25,402 bases of DNA from Promethearchaeota archaeon (lineage in GTDB: Archaea; Asgardarchaeota; Lokiarchaeia; Sigyniarchaeales; SOKP01). The DNA lies in contig RDOE01000048.1 of NCBI GenBank assembly GCA_011364975.1, positions 1 through 25,402 of the forward strand, read 5' to 3'. Position 1 is the first letter of the stretch; every line of letters starts with the position of its first letter. Below the pieces are notes generated by a model, which was not told the origin of the DNA, searched no databases, and saw only the letters and a program-made list of their open reading frames with translations. This document shows, one piece after another, positions 1 through 9,433 of this stretch. The position numbers and the translations under genes are program-made.

Positions 1-230
1 CGTTCTTCATCACCAATTCGTAATTTTGCCTTTCCAGAATAGATTACTCCTATTTGTTCATGCTTATGAGAATGCATTGGAACAGCATGTCCTGGCAATG
101 TTGAATTAAATGCCATCATCATTTTTTCTCCTGATAATCCAGTAAGAATAATAGTTTCTAAGCCTTCAAACTGGGAAAACTTTATCCCTTTTTTTGGATC
201 TATAAAATATTTTTGCTGTTGTTTATTCAT
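1..230 (-). CDS. Cupin-domain protein (partial; 3' end runs off the window)
   Basis: Not in ORF track. ATG at 230-228; manual translation MNKQQQKYFIDPKKG...MMMAFNSTLPGHAVPMHSHKHEQIGVIYSGKAKLRIGDEE; contains cupin motif 1 (PG..P.HxHxxEQ....SG). Confidence 0.9.
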   Translation of the reverse strand, partial: MNKQQQKYFIDPKKGIKFSQFEGLETIILTGLSGEKMMMAFNSTLPGHAVPMHSHKHEQIGVIYSGKAKLRIGDEE

Positions 231-486
231 GATTTTGTATTTATACACATTTTTTATTCTATTAAGTTATAATTAAATAATATCATATTTTGTCAATTTT
301 TCTTTTCTACCTTTAAAATGGAAGATCTGTCTATTTACAAATTAGTAAATTTAAAGGATTCTGATCATCATTTTCAATAGAAATTTTGTAAAAAAGACAC
401 TAAATAAGACTTGGTGATCGAAAACATTAGTAGATAATCTTTTCCATGATCAGAAAAGTGCATAAGATTTATATAAAAGATTATAC

Positions 487-1704
487 TTATTTTTTTTTCT
501 TAGCCTTGAAATATAACACTAAAATAACAATTATAAATACCATAGATACAATAAGAATTGCTAAGTAGACTAATGAAATTCCCCCTTGATAATAAAAAAA
601 TTCATACGTAATTGGAACAAGGGCAATACCTACAAACTGACTCGCTGTAGCTAATCCTGCTAAAGCCCCTCGCCTTTCATATGAAAGGGTTTGGCTATAA
701 AACATAACCGCAGGTATAATAGTTCCGCCCGCAATGCCAATAAATATAAATCCTAAAGATACAAATGACAAAGTTTCAAGATTGGAAATATCTTCAATAC
801 TTAGTAAAGTAAATATTGAAGCAAATAAAGAAATGATGCCAATAGCTAAAGCAATGCTTATTCCTGTTTTTTTAATCATAACTCCTATGATTATTCCTGA
901 GATTGCTCCAAAAATACCTGCTAAACCAATAATCATACCTGCTACGTTTTCGGGGATAGCTCCAGTCAATGCTTGAGACGTCCAAGTTATAACCGCTAAA
1001 TAAGATTGGGTGGCTAAAAATGCTGATAAAATCAGTAATATTACTACAGGTCTTTTAAGTTCTGAAATAAGATGCCCAAAGAAAATTTTAAAATGTTTAT
1101 CTCTACGTTTACTCTTATTGATTTTACTTAAACCGAGTAAAATGAAAAACCCTAGAATAATAATCAATATAAAAATTATATATAACCATCTCCAACTGAT
1201 AATTGCTAACTGACCTGCTAAAATAGGACCAAAACCTACTCCTAGATTTGCTACCGCACCTAAAAAGCCCATCTTTTTAGGAATATCAGCTCTATTGGAA
1301 ATGTCGGACATCAGAGCGATCAAAACAGGATTTACAAATCCAAAGCCTACACCTCCAAGGATATTTGCAAGAATATACATTATTAAAGATGCAGAAAAAG
1401 TAGCTATAAACATTCCAACACCAAAAATTATTAATCCAAACAATATAATTGGTATTCTGCCCTTTATATCTGAAATTGCTCCCGAAAATAATTGAACAAT
1501 AGCAAACGGAAACATAAAAGAAGGAATAGCAATTGCGATAGCAGTAGGTGATACCCCAAATTCACTAGATAATACTCCAAATAATACTAAAATTACGTTA
1601 CCTGTTAATGGTCCTAATCCAAATAATAGATAAATAACTATTTGAAGCCAAATAGGGGATTTAATGTTATTATTAAATTTATTTAATTCAGTATCACTAA
1701 CCAT
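487..1704 (-). CDS. MFS transporter (drug:H+ antiporter-like)
   Basis: 405 aa, about 12 hydrophobic segments, MFS motif A variant GAISDIKGR, glycine-rich GFGPILAG motif C-like segment. Confidence 0.9.
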   Translation of the reverse strand: MVSDTELNKFNNNIKSPIWLQIVIYLLFGLGPLTGNVILVLFGVLSSEFGVSPTAIAIAIPSFMFPFAIVQLFSGAISDIKGRIPIILFGLIIFGVGMFIATFSASLIMYILANILGGVGFGFVNPVLIALMSDISNRADIPKKMGFLGAVANLGVGFGPILAGQLAIISWRWLYIIFILIIILGFFILLGLSKINKSKRRDKHFKIFFGHLISELKRPVVILLILSAFLATQSYLAVITWTSQALTGAIPENVAGMIIGLAGIFGAISGIIIGVMIKKTGISIALAIGIISLFASIFTLLSIEDISNLETLSFVSLGFIFIGIAGGTIIPAVMFYSQTLSYERRGALAGLATASQFVGIALVPITYEFFYYQGGISLVYLAILIVSMVFIIVILVLYFKAKKKK

Positions 1705-1779
1705 TGCTAATAAAATACCAAGTTCAATCGTTAAAATATACTATAGTAAATTGAATTCAAATTTAAATATAATGAAAAT

Positions 1780-1789
1780 AAAAAAAAAA
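1780..1789 (-). terminator. Oligo-T tract, candidate archaeal terminator
   Basis: T10 on the minus strand about 11 nt after the stop codon at 1801. Confidence 0.4.
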
Positions 1790-1800
1790 TAAGTTAAGAT

Positions 1801-2271
1801 TTAAGACACGAATATCGCTATGTTGGAGAAAAATGTAGTAAACATTACTACAAATAGAACGACTCCAGCAAGTGTTAAAGAAATACGTCGTGTTCTTTCA
1901 TCAAGTTTATCATTGAGTGCAAAACTTACAAATGCGATCATGATAAATATAAGCCCAATGTTTACGCCAATACGGGCAATATTTCCAACTATCACTTCTT
2001 GATATTGCATCCAATATGCGATTAATGCTGTTTTCTCAAGGCGTTCAATGTAATCATTATATCCATATACTCCTTGCATATAATTCATCTCATTTTGCTG
2101 ATTATCAAGATTTTGCCATGTTCCAGCATTATCTGAAATGCTCTTACTAACCATTAAAATTGTACCGAAAATAACCGCTGTAAGTAAGCCATATATCAGA
2201 AATTTCATTGCTTTTTCTTTGTTATCAAGCGGTAATCGCTCATACAAACTAACTCCTCGTTCATTTCCCAT
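1801..2271 (-). CDS. Hypothetical membrane protein (about 3 TM)
   Basis: ORF track starts at GTG 2280, overlapping the upstream stop. ATG at 2271 is preceded by AGGTGA-N5, an archaeal SD, so it is the likelier start. Three hydrophobic segments with a polar loop. Confidence 0.75.
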   Translation of the reverse strand: MGNERGVSLYERLPLDNKEKAMKFLIYGLLTAVIFGTILMVSKSISDNAGTWQNLDNQQNEMNYMQGVYGYNDYIERLEKTALIAYWMQYQEVIVGNIARIGVNIGLIFIMIAFVSFALNDKLDERTRRISLTLAGVVLFVVMFTTFFSNIAIFVS

Positions 2272-2276
2272 TTTTA

Positions 2277-2951
2277 TCACCTAAAATAATTTTTTCTTAA
2301 TATTACTACAACAGCGGCAATAAAGTAAAAGATCAGCAAGAAAACGCCAATAAGGACAAAAATGTTTGATAATTCATCTCCAGGACCATCAACAGCAATC
2401 GAGATATCAAATGAGACATTGATGTCTGTTGGACCACCAGAATTAGATCCATACACAATCACCACATAATCTCCTGGCCATGATATTAAGGCATCTCCAC
2501 TTCTAGTCCCCATAAATTCAATATAGAGATAAAGACCATCATTAGGCAAACTAAGTGCATCATCACCCTGCGTGCCCCCAGCGGGGGTAGTTCCCCACCC
2601 AAATACCGAATATACAAAATTTAATCCAGATAGACTACCCGGTGTACTATTTGCTATTACCGCAGATTCATAAGTACTTTTCGCCAAAATCTTTAAAGTA
2701 ACTGAACTATTTGGATAAAATTCAGCAATTTCGATAATTAATTTTTGGTCTTTAGCAATAGATACAGGTTGAGCAAAAGCTCTTGTAATCCCAGAAACAC
2801 TATCTTCTTGAATAACTTCAGGCTTCGCTTGATAAACATATGTTTTCTTGAGAAAAACACCCAAAAGCGGACCTAATATAAAACATATAATCGCAATGCC
2901 TACTATCAAATAAGCAGATTTCTTTTTAAGCAATCCGTCCCATTTTGCCAT
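2277..2951 (-). CDS. Hypothetical membrane protein: N- and C-terminal TM helices flanking a probable extracytoplasmic beta-rich domain
   Basis: 224 aa; hydrophobic segments near both ends; middle has alternating beta-strand patterns (KLIIEI, VTLKIL, PGDYVVIVY, VSFDISI). Confidence 0.8.
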   Translation of the reverse strand: MAKWDGLLKKKSAYLIVGIAIICFILGPLLGVFLKKTYVYQAKPEVIQEDSVSGITRAFAQPVSIAKDQKLIIEIAEFYPNSSVTLKILAKSTYESAVIANSTPGSLSGLNFVYSVFGWGTTPAGGTQGDDALSLPNDGLYLYIEFMGTRSGDALISWPGDYVVIVYGSNSGGPTDINVSFDISIAVDGPGDELSNIFVLIGVFLLIFYFIAAVVVILRKNYFR

Positions 2952-3068
2952 ATAAATTCCTCTGAAATAATTTTTAATGTAAAGTTTTTATATAACTCAT
3001 GGGAGAACGAAAATAAAAATATAGGTTTAAAATAAACTATTAACAAGAAAAAATAATTTAATTACAAC

Positions 3069-4466
3069 TTATGATACTATTTTTTTCCTTCTTTTTAATC
3101 GATTATAAAAGTAGTAAAAATTGATCACAAAGAAAGCTCCAAGAATTATCCAAATCATAATATCCCATTGAGCAATGAAGGTTAACCCAATCAAGGTTAA
3201 AAGTAAATTAGTAGTTATGTCCCTTATAAATTCGCTCTTTTCCATTGAAATTTCTAATTTTTCTTGAATTAATCTATCAGTATCAATATCCTGCAGATAT
3301 TCTTCGACTAATTTTTCTAGCTCATCATCTACTTTAACATAATTTTTAGCTTTCGAAGGATTAATAATCCAATCCTTTAAGATCGCATTCGAAACGAAGG
3401 CTTTTGTTTGAAAATTAAAGGTTTTCTCGATAAATTCATAAAATGATTTTAAGTTGAAATTATCGTCATGTATTTCTGAAGAAAGGAGAGAAAATCTTCC
3501 CAAAACTAACTTAGACTTAAATTCCTGAGGAAAATCATATATACTTCTTAATACATTAGTAAATTTAGTCTCGTAAAAAGCTCCTTTCTCAATTGCTCTA
3601 AATACGGGAACAGTAGGGATGAAAGGAGAGTTATTCCTATTTATTATGGTTAAAAGCTCTGATTGTCTTAAATTAAGTTTAATCAATTCCTGAACTAAGA
3701 GACGTCCGATCTGTATCATTCTATATAAACTTTTATTTACTGTCGTATCATTTGTTTTGGATTTCAATATTAGTTTATCTCCATCAAAATATCCTGTCAT
3801 ATCATCATCGATTACTTCAAAGGCATAATTATTTTCATATTTTTTATCCACTTTCATTTTGAAACCAGGAAAATCTGCATAGGGATAACAACTTGAAAGT
3901 AAATGATGCACTGAAATACCCTCCCCCGGTACTTTTAAAATTACATAAATTTCATTATTTCCTTTGGGAATCGTGTATTTTTTCCAATCAAAATCTGGTT
4001 TAATCTCTCTTGATTTTAGAATTTTTTTATTAAAATCACTATAATACACATGTCCTCCTTCTCTAACCGAAAAATTAATTTTTTCATTAAACCGTAGTTG
4101 TTTTAAAACATTTCCGATCAATGGTATTTCTGGAGATAATTTATTTTCAATAATATTAATCCTAAATGTATAATTTTCTATTCCGGATTTTATTAGTAAA
4201 TTCGTTAAATCATATTTTGATTGTACTTTTCCTTTTTTTAAAATTGCTAAAATATTTTTTTCAAGTATGGCTCGGCCTTCCTCTCTTTCTCTTATTTTCA
4301 TCTCTTGTTCTCTCTTTTTTCTCTCTTTAGTTTCCTGACTTTCCTTTTGTATCCTTTCTATGTCTTCCTTTGATAAACCTTCAGATTTTTCCTCTTCAGT
4401 AATGATTTCTTCTTCTATACTCTCATCTTCAATAATAAATTTGCTTTTTGCTTCTTTATCAGTCAT
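3069..4466 (-). CDS. Hypothetical protein: charged coiled-coil N-terminus, possible winged helix, C-terminal two-TM hairpin
   Basis: 465 aa; E/K/R-rich first ~65 aa; C-terminal LLLTLIGLTFIA and IMIWIILGAFFVINFYYFY followed by basic tail RLKRRKK. Confidence 0.8.
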   Translation of the reverse strand: MTDKEAKSKFIIEDESIEEEIITEEEKSEGLSKEDIERIQKESQETKERKKREQEMKIREREEGRAILEKNILAILKKGKVQSKYDLTNLLIKSGIENYTFRINIIENKLSPEIPLIGNVLKQLRFNEKINFSVREGGHVYYSDFNKKILKSREIKPDFDWKKYTIPKGNNEIYVILKVPGEGISVHHLLSSCYPYADFPGFKMKVDKKYENNYAFEVIDDDMTGYFDGDKLILKSKTNDTTVNKSLYRMIQIGRLLVQELIKLNLRQSELLTIINRNNSPFIPTVPVFRAIEKGAFYETKFTNVLRSIYDFPQEFKSKLVLGRFSLLSSEIHDDNFNLKSFYEFIEKTFNFQTKAFVSNAILKDWIINPSKAKNYVKVDDELEKLVEEYLQDIDTDRLIQEKLEISMEKSEFIRDITTNLLLTLIGLTFIAQWDIMIWIILGAFFVINFYYFYNRLKRRKKIVS

Positions 4467-4589
4467 GATAATATCATTATAAAACTTTCAAATTAATTAT
4501 ATTTTATATTATTTGAATTTTAACCAATAATAAGCTTATGTTTTTACAGCTAAACGTGTCTTTGTAGCTTCTGCGAATTAATTTAAAGA

Positions 4590-4970
4590 TTACAATTTCC
4601 CATTTAATTTCAATGCATAACCTTTTAGAAAATCTAATGCTTTAGAGGTATCTGCTTGAGGCATGGCATAAGATACAAGTACGCCTCCTTGAAAAGGAAC
4701 GAATATTGTATGTCCCATCCCACTTTCATTTGATGCAATAATTCCATTATTATTCATTGCGGTAACTAAAAATTTTGCCCCATTCAAAACAATAGACTGT
4801 TCTCCTTTAATTACCTTTAAGATCGCTTTAGTTTGATTGCTTATATCCCAATTGTCTGTTTGAAAGACTAACCTTCCCGAATCAGACACAATTGCGACTC
4901 CAGCAATTTTTATGTTTGTTTCAAATGCATCTATTCCCAAATCGTCAATAAAATTTTTAATGTCAACCAT
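4590..4970 (-). CDS. Asgard-type profilin homolog
   Basis: 126 aa. GVAIVSDSGRLVFQTDNWDIS, NGAKF, ASNESGMGHTIFVPF and GGVLVSYAMPQA...YALKL align colinearly with the Lokiarchaeota profilin sequence as I recall it (GIAIIGKDG...QTENWNIS, QGIKY, GTNITGKGH, GALITYVNPRA...YAKKL). Confidence 0.85.
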   Translation of the reverse strand: MVDIKNFIDDLGIDAFETNIKIAGVAIVSDSGRLVFQTDNWDISNQTKAILKVIKGEQSIVLNGAKFLVTAMNNNGIIASNESGMGHTIFVPFQGGVLVSYAMPQADTSKALDFLKGYALKLNGKL

Positions 4971-5100
4971 AATTAGGATTTATAAAATTTGTTGTTATTA
5001 ATATCTTACAATTCACCAAATTCTATCAAATAAAAAGCGATTGAAATATAATACATAATTCTTTTTAGAATGTAGAGATATAATTATTAGGTTTTATGTT

Positions 5101-6357
5101 ATGAAAGTTGATGAATCCTATTCAGATTATATGTATGATATTGTAGACACAATTTGTAATAGATTTGGCCCTAGATACTCTTGCAGTGAGACTGAACGGA
5201 AAGCAAATGAATGGATAAAAGAAGAATTAGATAAATTTTGCGACAAGACCTTTATAGATGAATTTCAAGCACGTCCTGCAATGTATCCGCAAGGATTAAT
5301 AAAGATTGCTGCAATTTTTAGTGTTCTAGCACCACTTTTTATCCCTTTTAGGTTTCCAATTCCAATTTTTGCTACAATATTCATTGGACTAGCATTTTGG
5401 GTACTCTATTCGGAATTAATGTTAATGAAGGGTTGGATTTGGCCCTTTTTTAAAAAAAAGAAATCAAGTAATGTGTTTGGCATTATTAAACCATCCGAGG
5501 AGATAAAATTTAGACTCATCTTCGAAGGGCATACCGATAGTGCTAAAGAAATGAATATTGCTAGTTATTCACCAAAAGCACGGAAATATATTGCAATCTT
5601 AGGGATATATTATCTTATTCACACAATAATTTTTTCGATATGGAAATTAATAGGCTCTGGTCTTAATTCTGGAGTATATTCGATTTATGAGTATTATCTT
5701 TTTTCTTGGACTATTGTTGATTTAATATACTTCTTTTCACTAATTATAATCTTTCCCTTTTTTATTTGGACTATAACAGGTTTTCTTGGAAATGCTGTTG
5801 TTCTTGGTGCTAATGATAATTTATCAGCAAGCGCGGTGGTAATTGCGCTTGGGAAATACTTAGCTCAAAATAAGCCTAAAAACATAGAGGTTTGGGTGGG
5901 GTCACAAGGAAGTGAAGAAGTTGGAGATAGAGGGGCTGAAGCATTTGTAGAAAAATATGGAGCTCTAGGCCTTCTTGATAACTCATATACTGTAGTATTA
6001 GAGTGTTGTGGTGCAGCAGAAGACATGTTTCTTATTGAACGAGATATGCATCAGGCTGTATATGATGTCGAGATTAATGATATGTTACGAGAGGCTCATA
6101 GTGAAGTAAAAAGGGATAATCCTACATTAATTGACATACGATTCGGACGCCTTAAAATTGGATCCTGCGATGCGTGTCGATATATTCACAAGGGATACAA
6201 AGCTTCAGCATTAATGGGAATGGAACATTTAAAAAATAAAGCAGTAAATTGGCATTCAATAAATGATGCACCAAACAACATAAACAAGAAAATATTAATG
6301 AATTTTTTAGATGTCTGTCTAAAATTTGTTGAGATTATAGATAATAAATACCATTAA
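5101..6357 (+). CDS. Membrane-embedded M28-family metallopeptidase
   Basis: Zinc-site motifs GHTDS, GANDNLSA, GSEEVG, VLE and WHSIND; two hydrophobic hairpins inserted in the catalytic domain. Confidence 0.88.
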   Translation: MKVDESYSDYMYDIVDTICNRFGPRYSCSETERKANEWIKEELDKFCDKTFIDEFQARPAMYPQGLIKIAAIFSVLAPLFIPFRFPIPIFATIFIGLAFWVLYSELMLMKGWIWPFFKKKKSSNVFGIIKPSEEIKFRLIFEGHTDSAKEMNIASYSPKARKYIAILGIYYLIHTIIFSIWKLIGSGLNSGVYSIYEYYLFSWTIVDLIYFFSLIIIFPFFIWTITGFLGNAVVLGANDNLSASAVVIALGKYLAQNKPKNIEVWVGSQGSEEVGDRGAEAFVEKYGALGLLDNSYTVVLECCGAAEDMFLIERDMHQAVYDVEINDMLREAHSEVKRDNPTLIDIRFGRLKIGSCDACRYIHKGYKASALMGMEHLKNKAVNWHSINDAPNNINKKILMNFLDVCLKFVEIIDNKYH

Positions 6358-6381
6358 AACCATTATTAATTTCAAAATATT

Positions 6382-6392
6382 AAAAAAAAAAA
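6382..6392 (-). terminator. Oligo-T tract, candidate archaeal terminator between convergent genes
   Basis: T11 on the minus strand about 10 nt after the transporter stop at 6403. Confidence 0.45.
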
Positions 6393-6402
6393 TAAAATTA
6401 TT

Positions 6403-7845
6403 TTATTTTATACCTAAACTCATTATTCTATCTTGGTTTTCTTGTATCTTATCCGGAGTTAACTTATAATATCTCCAGAAGAAAAAAGCCCCTATAAATA
6501 TAAATATTGCGGGAATTAATCCTAAATGTATCTGAATTCCAATTACAGCAGATTGAGGCTGAACGCTTGGTGCTCCTCCTTCTATAAATCCAGTAAAATA
6601 ATGTACTAGCGCAAATGTAATTGCTTGAGCAACTATACCTAACCGAGCGAAAAATTGTGAAAATCCACTATAAACCCCCTCCTCTCGTTTTCCCGTAATT
6701 GCTACAGACTCATCAATAACATCGGACATGACAGGAAAAATCATGAACCAAAACCCTGAAAGTCCAAAGACGCCCCAAATTAACATATTAATTACAACTG
6801 CCCAGTAGTTTGTCAAAAATAGTAAAGGAAGCGCGAATATTCCTAAGAATAAAGATGAAATCAACATTACTTTTTTATTGTTATTCATTTTGTGAGAAAT
6901 TTTAACCCATATAGGTGTTGCCAAAATTACTCCCACAAGAAATGCTGCAAAGATAAGGGTCGCCATTAGATTAATCGATAAACCTGCGGGCTGATCAATA
7001 ACATAAGTAACAGCATAATTAATCGAATTTTGCATCGTGACAATCTGAGATTGGTACATAGTATAAATAATCATATATATTATGAAAGAATTTTGTTTGA
7101 GAGCGCCTTTTAAGGATTTAAAAAAAGAGTCTCTTTGTGGACTTTTTTCATAAATCATTAGATAATTATCGATCATTTCCTTATCCTCTTTAAATCCAGG
7201 AATTGCGAGTAATATTCCAAGAAGACATATTAACCCTACGACTATACCTTGGACGATAAAAGAGAATAAAACTTGATCATGAGGGGCTTGGCCCGGATAT
7301 TTGAATACCAGAGGGGGAACTAAAGCTCCTAAAGCAACTCCAACTACACCTATTGGAATATAAATACCACTAGCAATTCTTCGTTCTTTATTTGATCGAT
7401 GCTTTTCAGGAAATAAGGCCATAAAATTTACAAAATATAACGAATGAAACGTGTCAAAAAGACATGCTGTAAGTAGTAACCATGCAAATAAAAACCATTG
7501 TCCAGACACTGGATCTGTAATCGGAGGTGTAAATACTATGATATAACTTAACGCAAGAGGGATGCCACCTATTAATAACCATGGAAATCGTCGCCCCCAT
7601 TTCTGAGTAAATTTAAATGGGCGATTAGTTAAATATCCGAGTATTGGATCGTTAAACATATTGTAGATTGCGAATAAAAATATGGATAAGAATACGATCC
7701 ACACGTCTAGGCCAACTACTGCTTCGTAATAAAAGAATACTGTAGCTGTAAAAGCCATGTTTATAAATTCCCTTGCCATGGATCCCATGCCATAAGATGC
7801 CATATTTAACTTACTGTGTTTTATTTCAATTTCTTGTTCTGCCAT
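6403..7845 (-). CDS. GPH-family (MelB/UidB-like) sugar:cation symporter, MFS_2
   Basis: Motifs NDPILGYLTN, KWGRRFPWL, ERRIAS, SDVID...TGKREEGVY. ORF track start is GTG 7854; ATG 7845 is likelier. Confidence 0.92.
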   Translation of the reverse strand: MAEQEIEIKHSKLNMASYGMGSMAREFINMAFTATVFFYYEAVVGLDVWIVFLSIFLFAIYNMFNDPILGYLTNRPFKFTQKWGRRFPWLLIGGIPLALSYIIVFTPPITDPVSGQWFLFAWLLLTACLFDTFHSLYFVNFMALFPEKHRSNKERRIASGIYIPIGVVGVALGALVPPLVFKYPGQAPHDQVLFSFIVQGIVVGLICLLGILLAIPGFKEDKEMIDNYLMIYEKSPQRDSFFKSLKGALKQNSFIIYMIIYTMYQSQIVTMQNSINYAVTYVIDQPAGLSINLMATLIFAAFLVGVILATPIWVKISHKMNNNKKVMLISSLFLGIFALPLLFLTNYWAVVINMLIWGVFGLSGFWFMIFPVMSDVIDESVAITGKREEGVYSGFSQFFARLGIVAQAITFALVHYFTGFIEGGAPSVQPQSAVIGIQIHLGLIPAIFIFIGAFFFWRYYKLTPDKIQENQDRIMSLGIK

Positions 7846-7910
7846 TAATATCACTAAATTTTATTCTAAAGAGAATTTTTTAGATAGTTTTTTAATAATT
7901 AGTGAAAATG

Positions 7911-7993
7911 GTATTTATACTTTATATATTTCTAATCATTTTGGATTAGATTTTTAACTATTTCCTACATTCATTTTTTTAAAGTATAAATAC
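7911..7993. promoter_or_regulatory. Divergent promoter region with a 14-bp inverted repeat containing TATA-like boxes and an internal dyad
   Basis: GTATTTATACTTTA (7911-7924) is the reverse complement of TAAAGTATAAATAC (7980-7993); TCTAATC-N6-GATTAGA lies at 7931-7950. Confidence 0.55.
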
Positions 7994-8113
7994 AAATTTA
8001 CACGATTGTACATAACAGTGAGTAGTTTTTTATTTTATCGAGATTAATTAACGTCATATTCTTTAGAAAAAATTCAAGTCTCAATCTGATCTAAAAATAT
8101 AAGGTCATGAATA

Positions 8114-9394
8114 TTGCCTACCAAACCTAACATCATTGTTTTTATCACACATGATCAAGGGCAGTTTTTGGGATGCTATAATACACCCCTTACTCCAAAT
8201 TCATTAAAAACGCCAAATTTAGATAAGATTGCCAAGGAAGGAATTCGATTTACAAACTATTTCTGTACGGCACCCCAATGCAGTCCAAGCCGTGGTAGTA
8301 TCCAAACGTCATTATATCCTCACCAAAATGGGCTAATGGGATTGACAAATAAAGGTTGGAATTTGCCTGCTTCAAATAAAACACTTCCAATGTATCTGAA
8401 AGATAAGGGTTATACTACACATCTCATTGGACTCCAACATGAAACAAACTATCCAGAAACTCTTGGTTATGATACGATGAATGAACGGGTAGGATATCAT
8501 AAATATACTACTAAAAAGCTAAATAATCAGTTTTGCGAATTTCTTATATCCCATAAGAAAGATAAAAAACCTTTTTATGCAAATTTTGGGGTTATTGAAG
8601 TACACAGACCTTTTTCAGCTTTTGGAGATCCAGTTGATGTGGATAAAGTTATAATTCCTCCCTTTTTGCCAGAAAATGAGAAAATTCGAAAGGATTTCGC
8701 AGAATTCTACGGATTAATCCATACGGTAGATGCAACCATAGGAAAAATAATGGATTGCCTAATGGATACTAAATTATATGAAAATACGCTTTTTATTTTT
8801 ACCACTGACCACGGAGCTCCTTTCCCTAGGGCTAAATGTACACTATATGACCCTGGCATCAAAACTGTTTTACTTATACAACTTCCTTCTTCATCCAATT
8901 TTAGCGGAGGAGATATATATGAAGAATTACTGAGTAATATAGATCTTTTACCCACATTGATAGAATTAACAGGAGGAACTGTACCTAAAAATGTTGAAGG
9001 CCAAAGTTTTCTTCCTTTATTAAAAGGAGAAACTGATAAAATAAATAATTCAATCTACACTGAAAAATCATATCATGACCAATACGATCCTATAAGAGGA
9101 ATAAGAACTAAAAATTATAAATTAATCTACAATTTTGAGCCGTTGAATACCCAATATCTAATGCCAGTAGATATTGATAGAAGTTACTCTGGACAGATTA
9201 TGAAAGAACTATATAATCGACCTCGAGAACAATTTGAGTTATATGATTTACAGAAGGACCCCCATGAAACTAGAAATCTTATTCAGAATTTAGAATATCA
9301 AGATATTGCAATTGACTTAAAGAAACAGTTATTAACTTGGTTAAAATCAACAAATGATCCTATACTTAGAGGAAAAATACCTCCCCACGGTTAA
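8114..9394 (+). CDS. Formylglycine-dependent (S1) sulfatase, sulfamidase-like
   Basis: KPNIIVFITHD, CSPSR (CxPxR), TTDHG, DLLPT, ELYDLQKDPHE; TTG start. Confidence 0.93.
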   Translation: MPTKPNIIVFITHDQGQFLGCYNTPLTPNSLKTPNLDKIAKEGIRFTNYFCTAPQCSPSRGSIQTSLYPHQNGLMGLTNKGWNLPASNKTLPMYLKDKGYTTHLIGLQHETNYPETLGYDTMNERVGYHKYTTKKLNNQFCEFLISHKKDKKPFYANFGVIEVHRPFSAFGDPVDVDKVIIPPFLPENEKIRKDFAEFYGLIHTVDATIGKIMDCLMDTKLYENTLFIFTTDHGAPFPRAKCTLYDPGIKTVLLIQLPSSSNFSGGDIYEELLSNIDLLPTLIELTGGTVPKNVEGQSFLPLLKGETDKINNSIYTEKSYHDQYDPIRGIRTKNYKLIYNFEPLNTQYLMPVDIDRSYSGQIMKELYNRPREQFELYDLQKDPHETRNLIQNLEYQDIAIDLKKQLLTWLKSTNDPILRGKIPPHG

Positions 9395-9433
9395 AATGAT
9401 TTTAATAATTAATCAATTTTAAATGGATGACTA

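Noticed and set aside
333-455. Dyads ATTTAC-N6-GTAAAT (333-350) and TTCTGATCAT/ATGATCAGAA (359-368 / 446-455) as a MITE or ncRNA
   Set aside because: Short, in AT-rich DNA, no target-site duplication or second copy seen; compatible with chance.
734-2002. Plus-strand ORFs 734-976, 1010-1213, 1295-1495 and 1820-2002
   Set aside because: Antisense shadows of hydrophobic membrane genes; no motifs.
3069-4466. Canonical CorA magnesium transporter
   Set aside because: No GMN signature between the TM helices; only the overall layout is similar.
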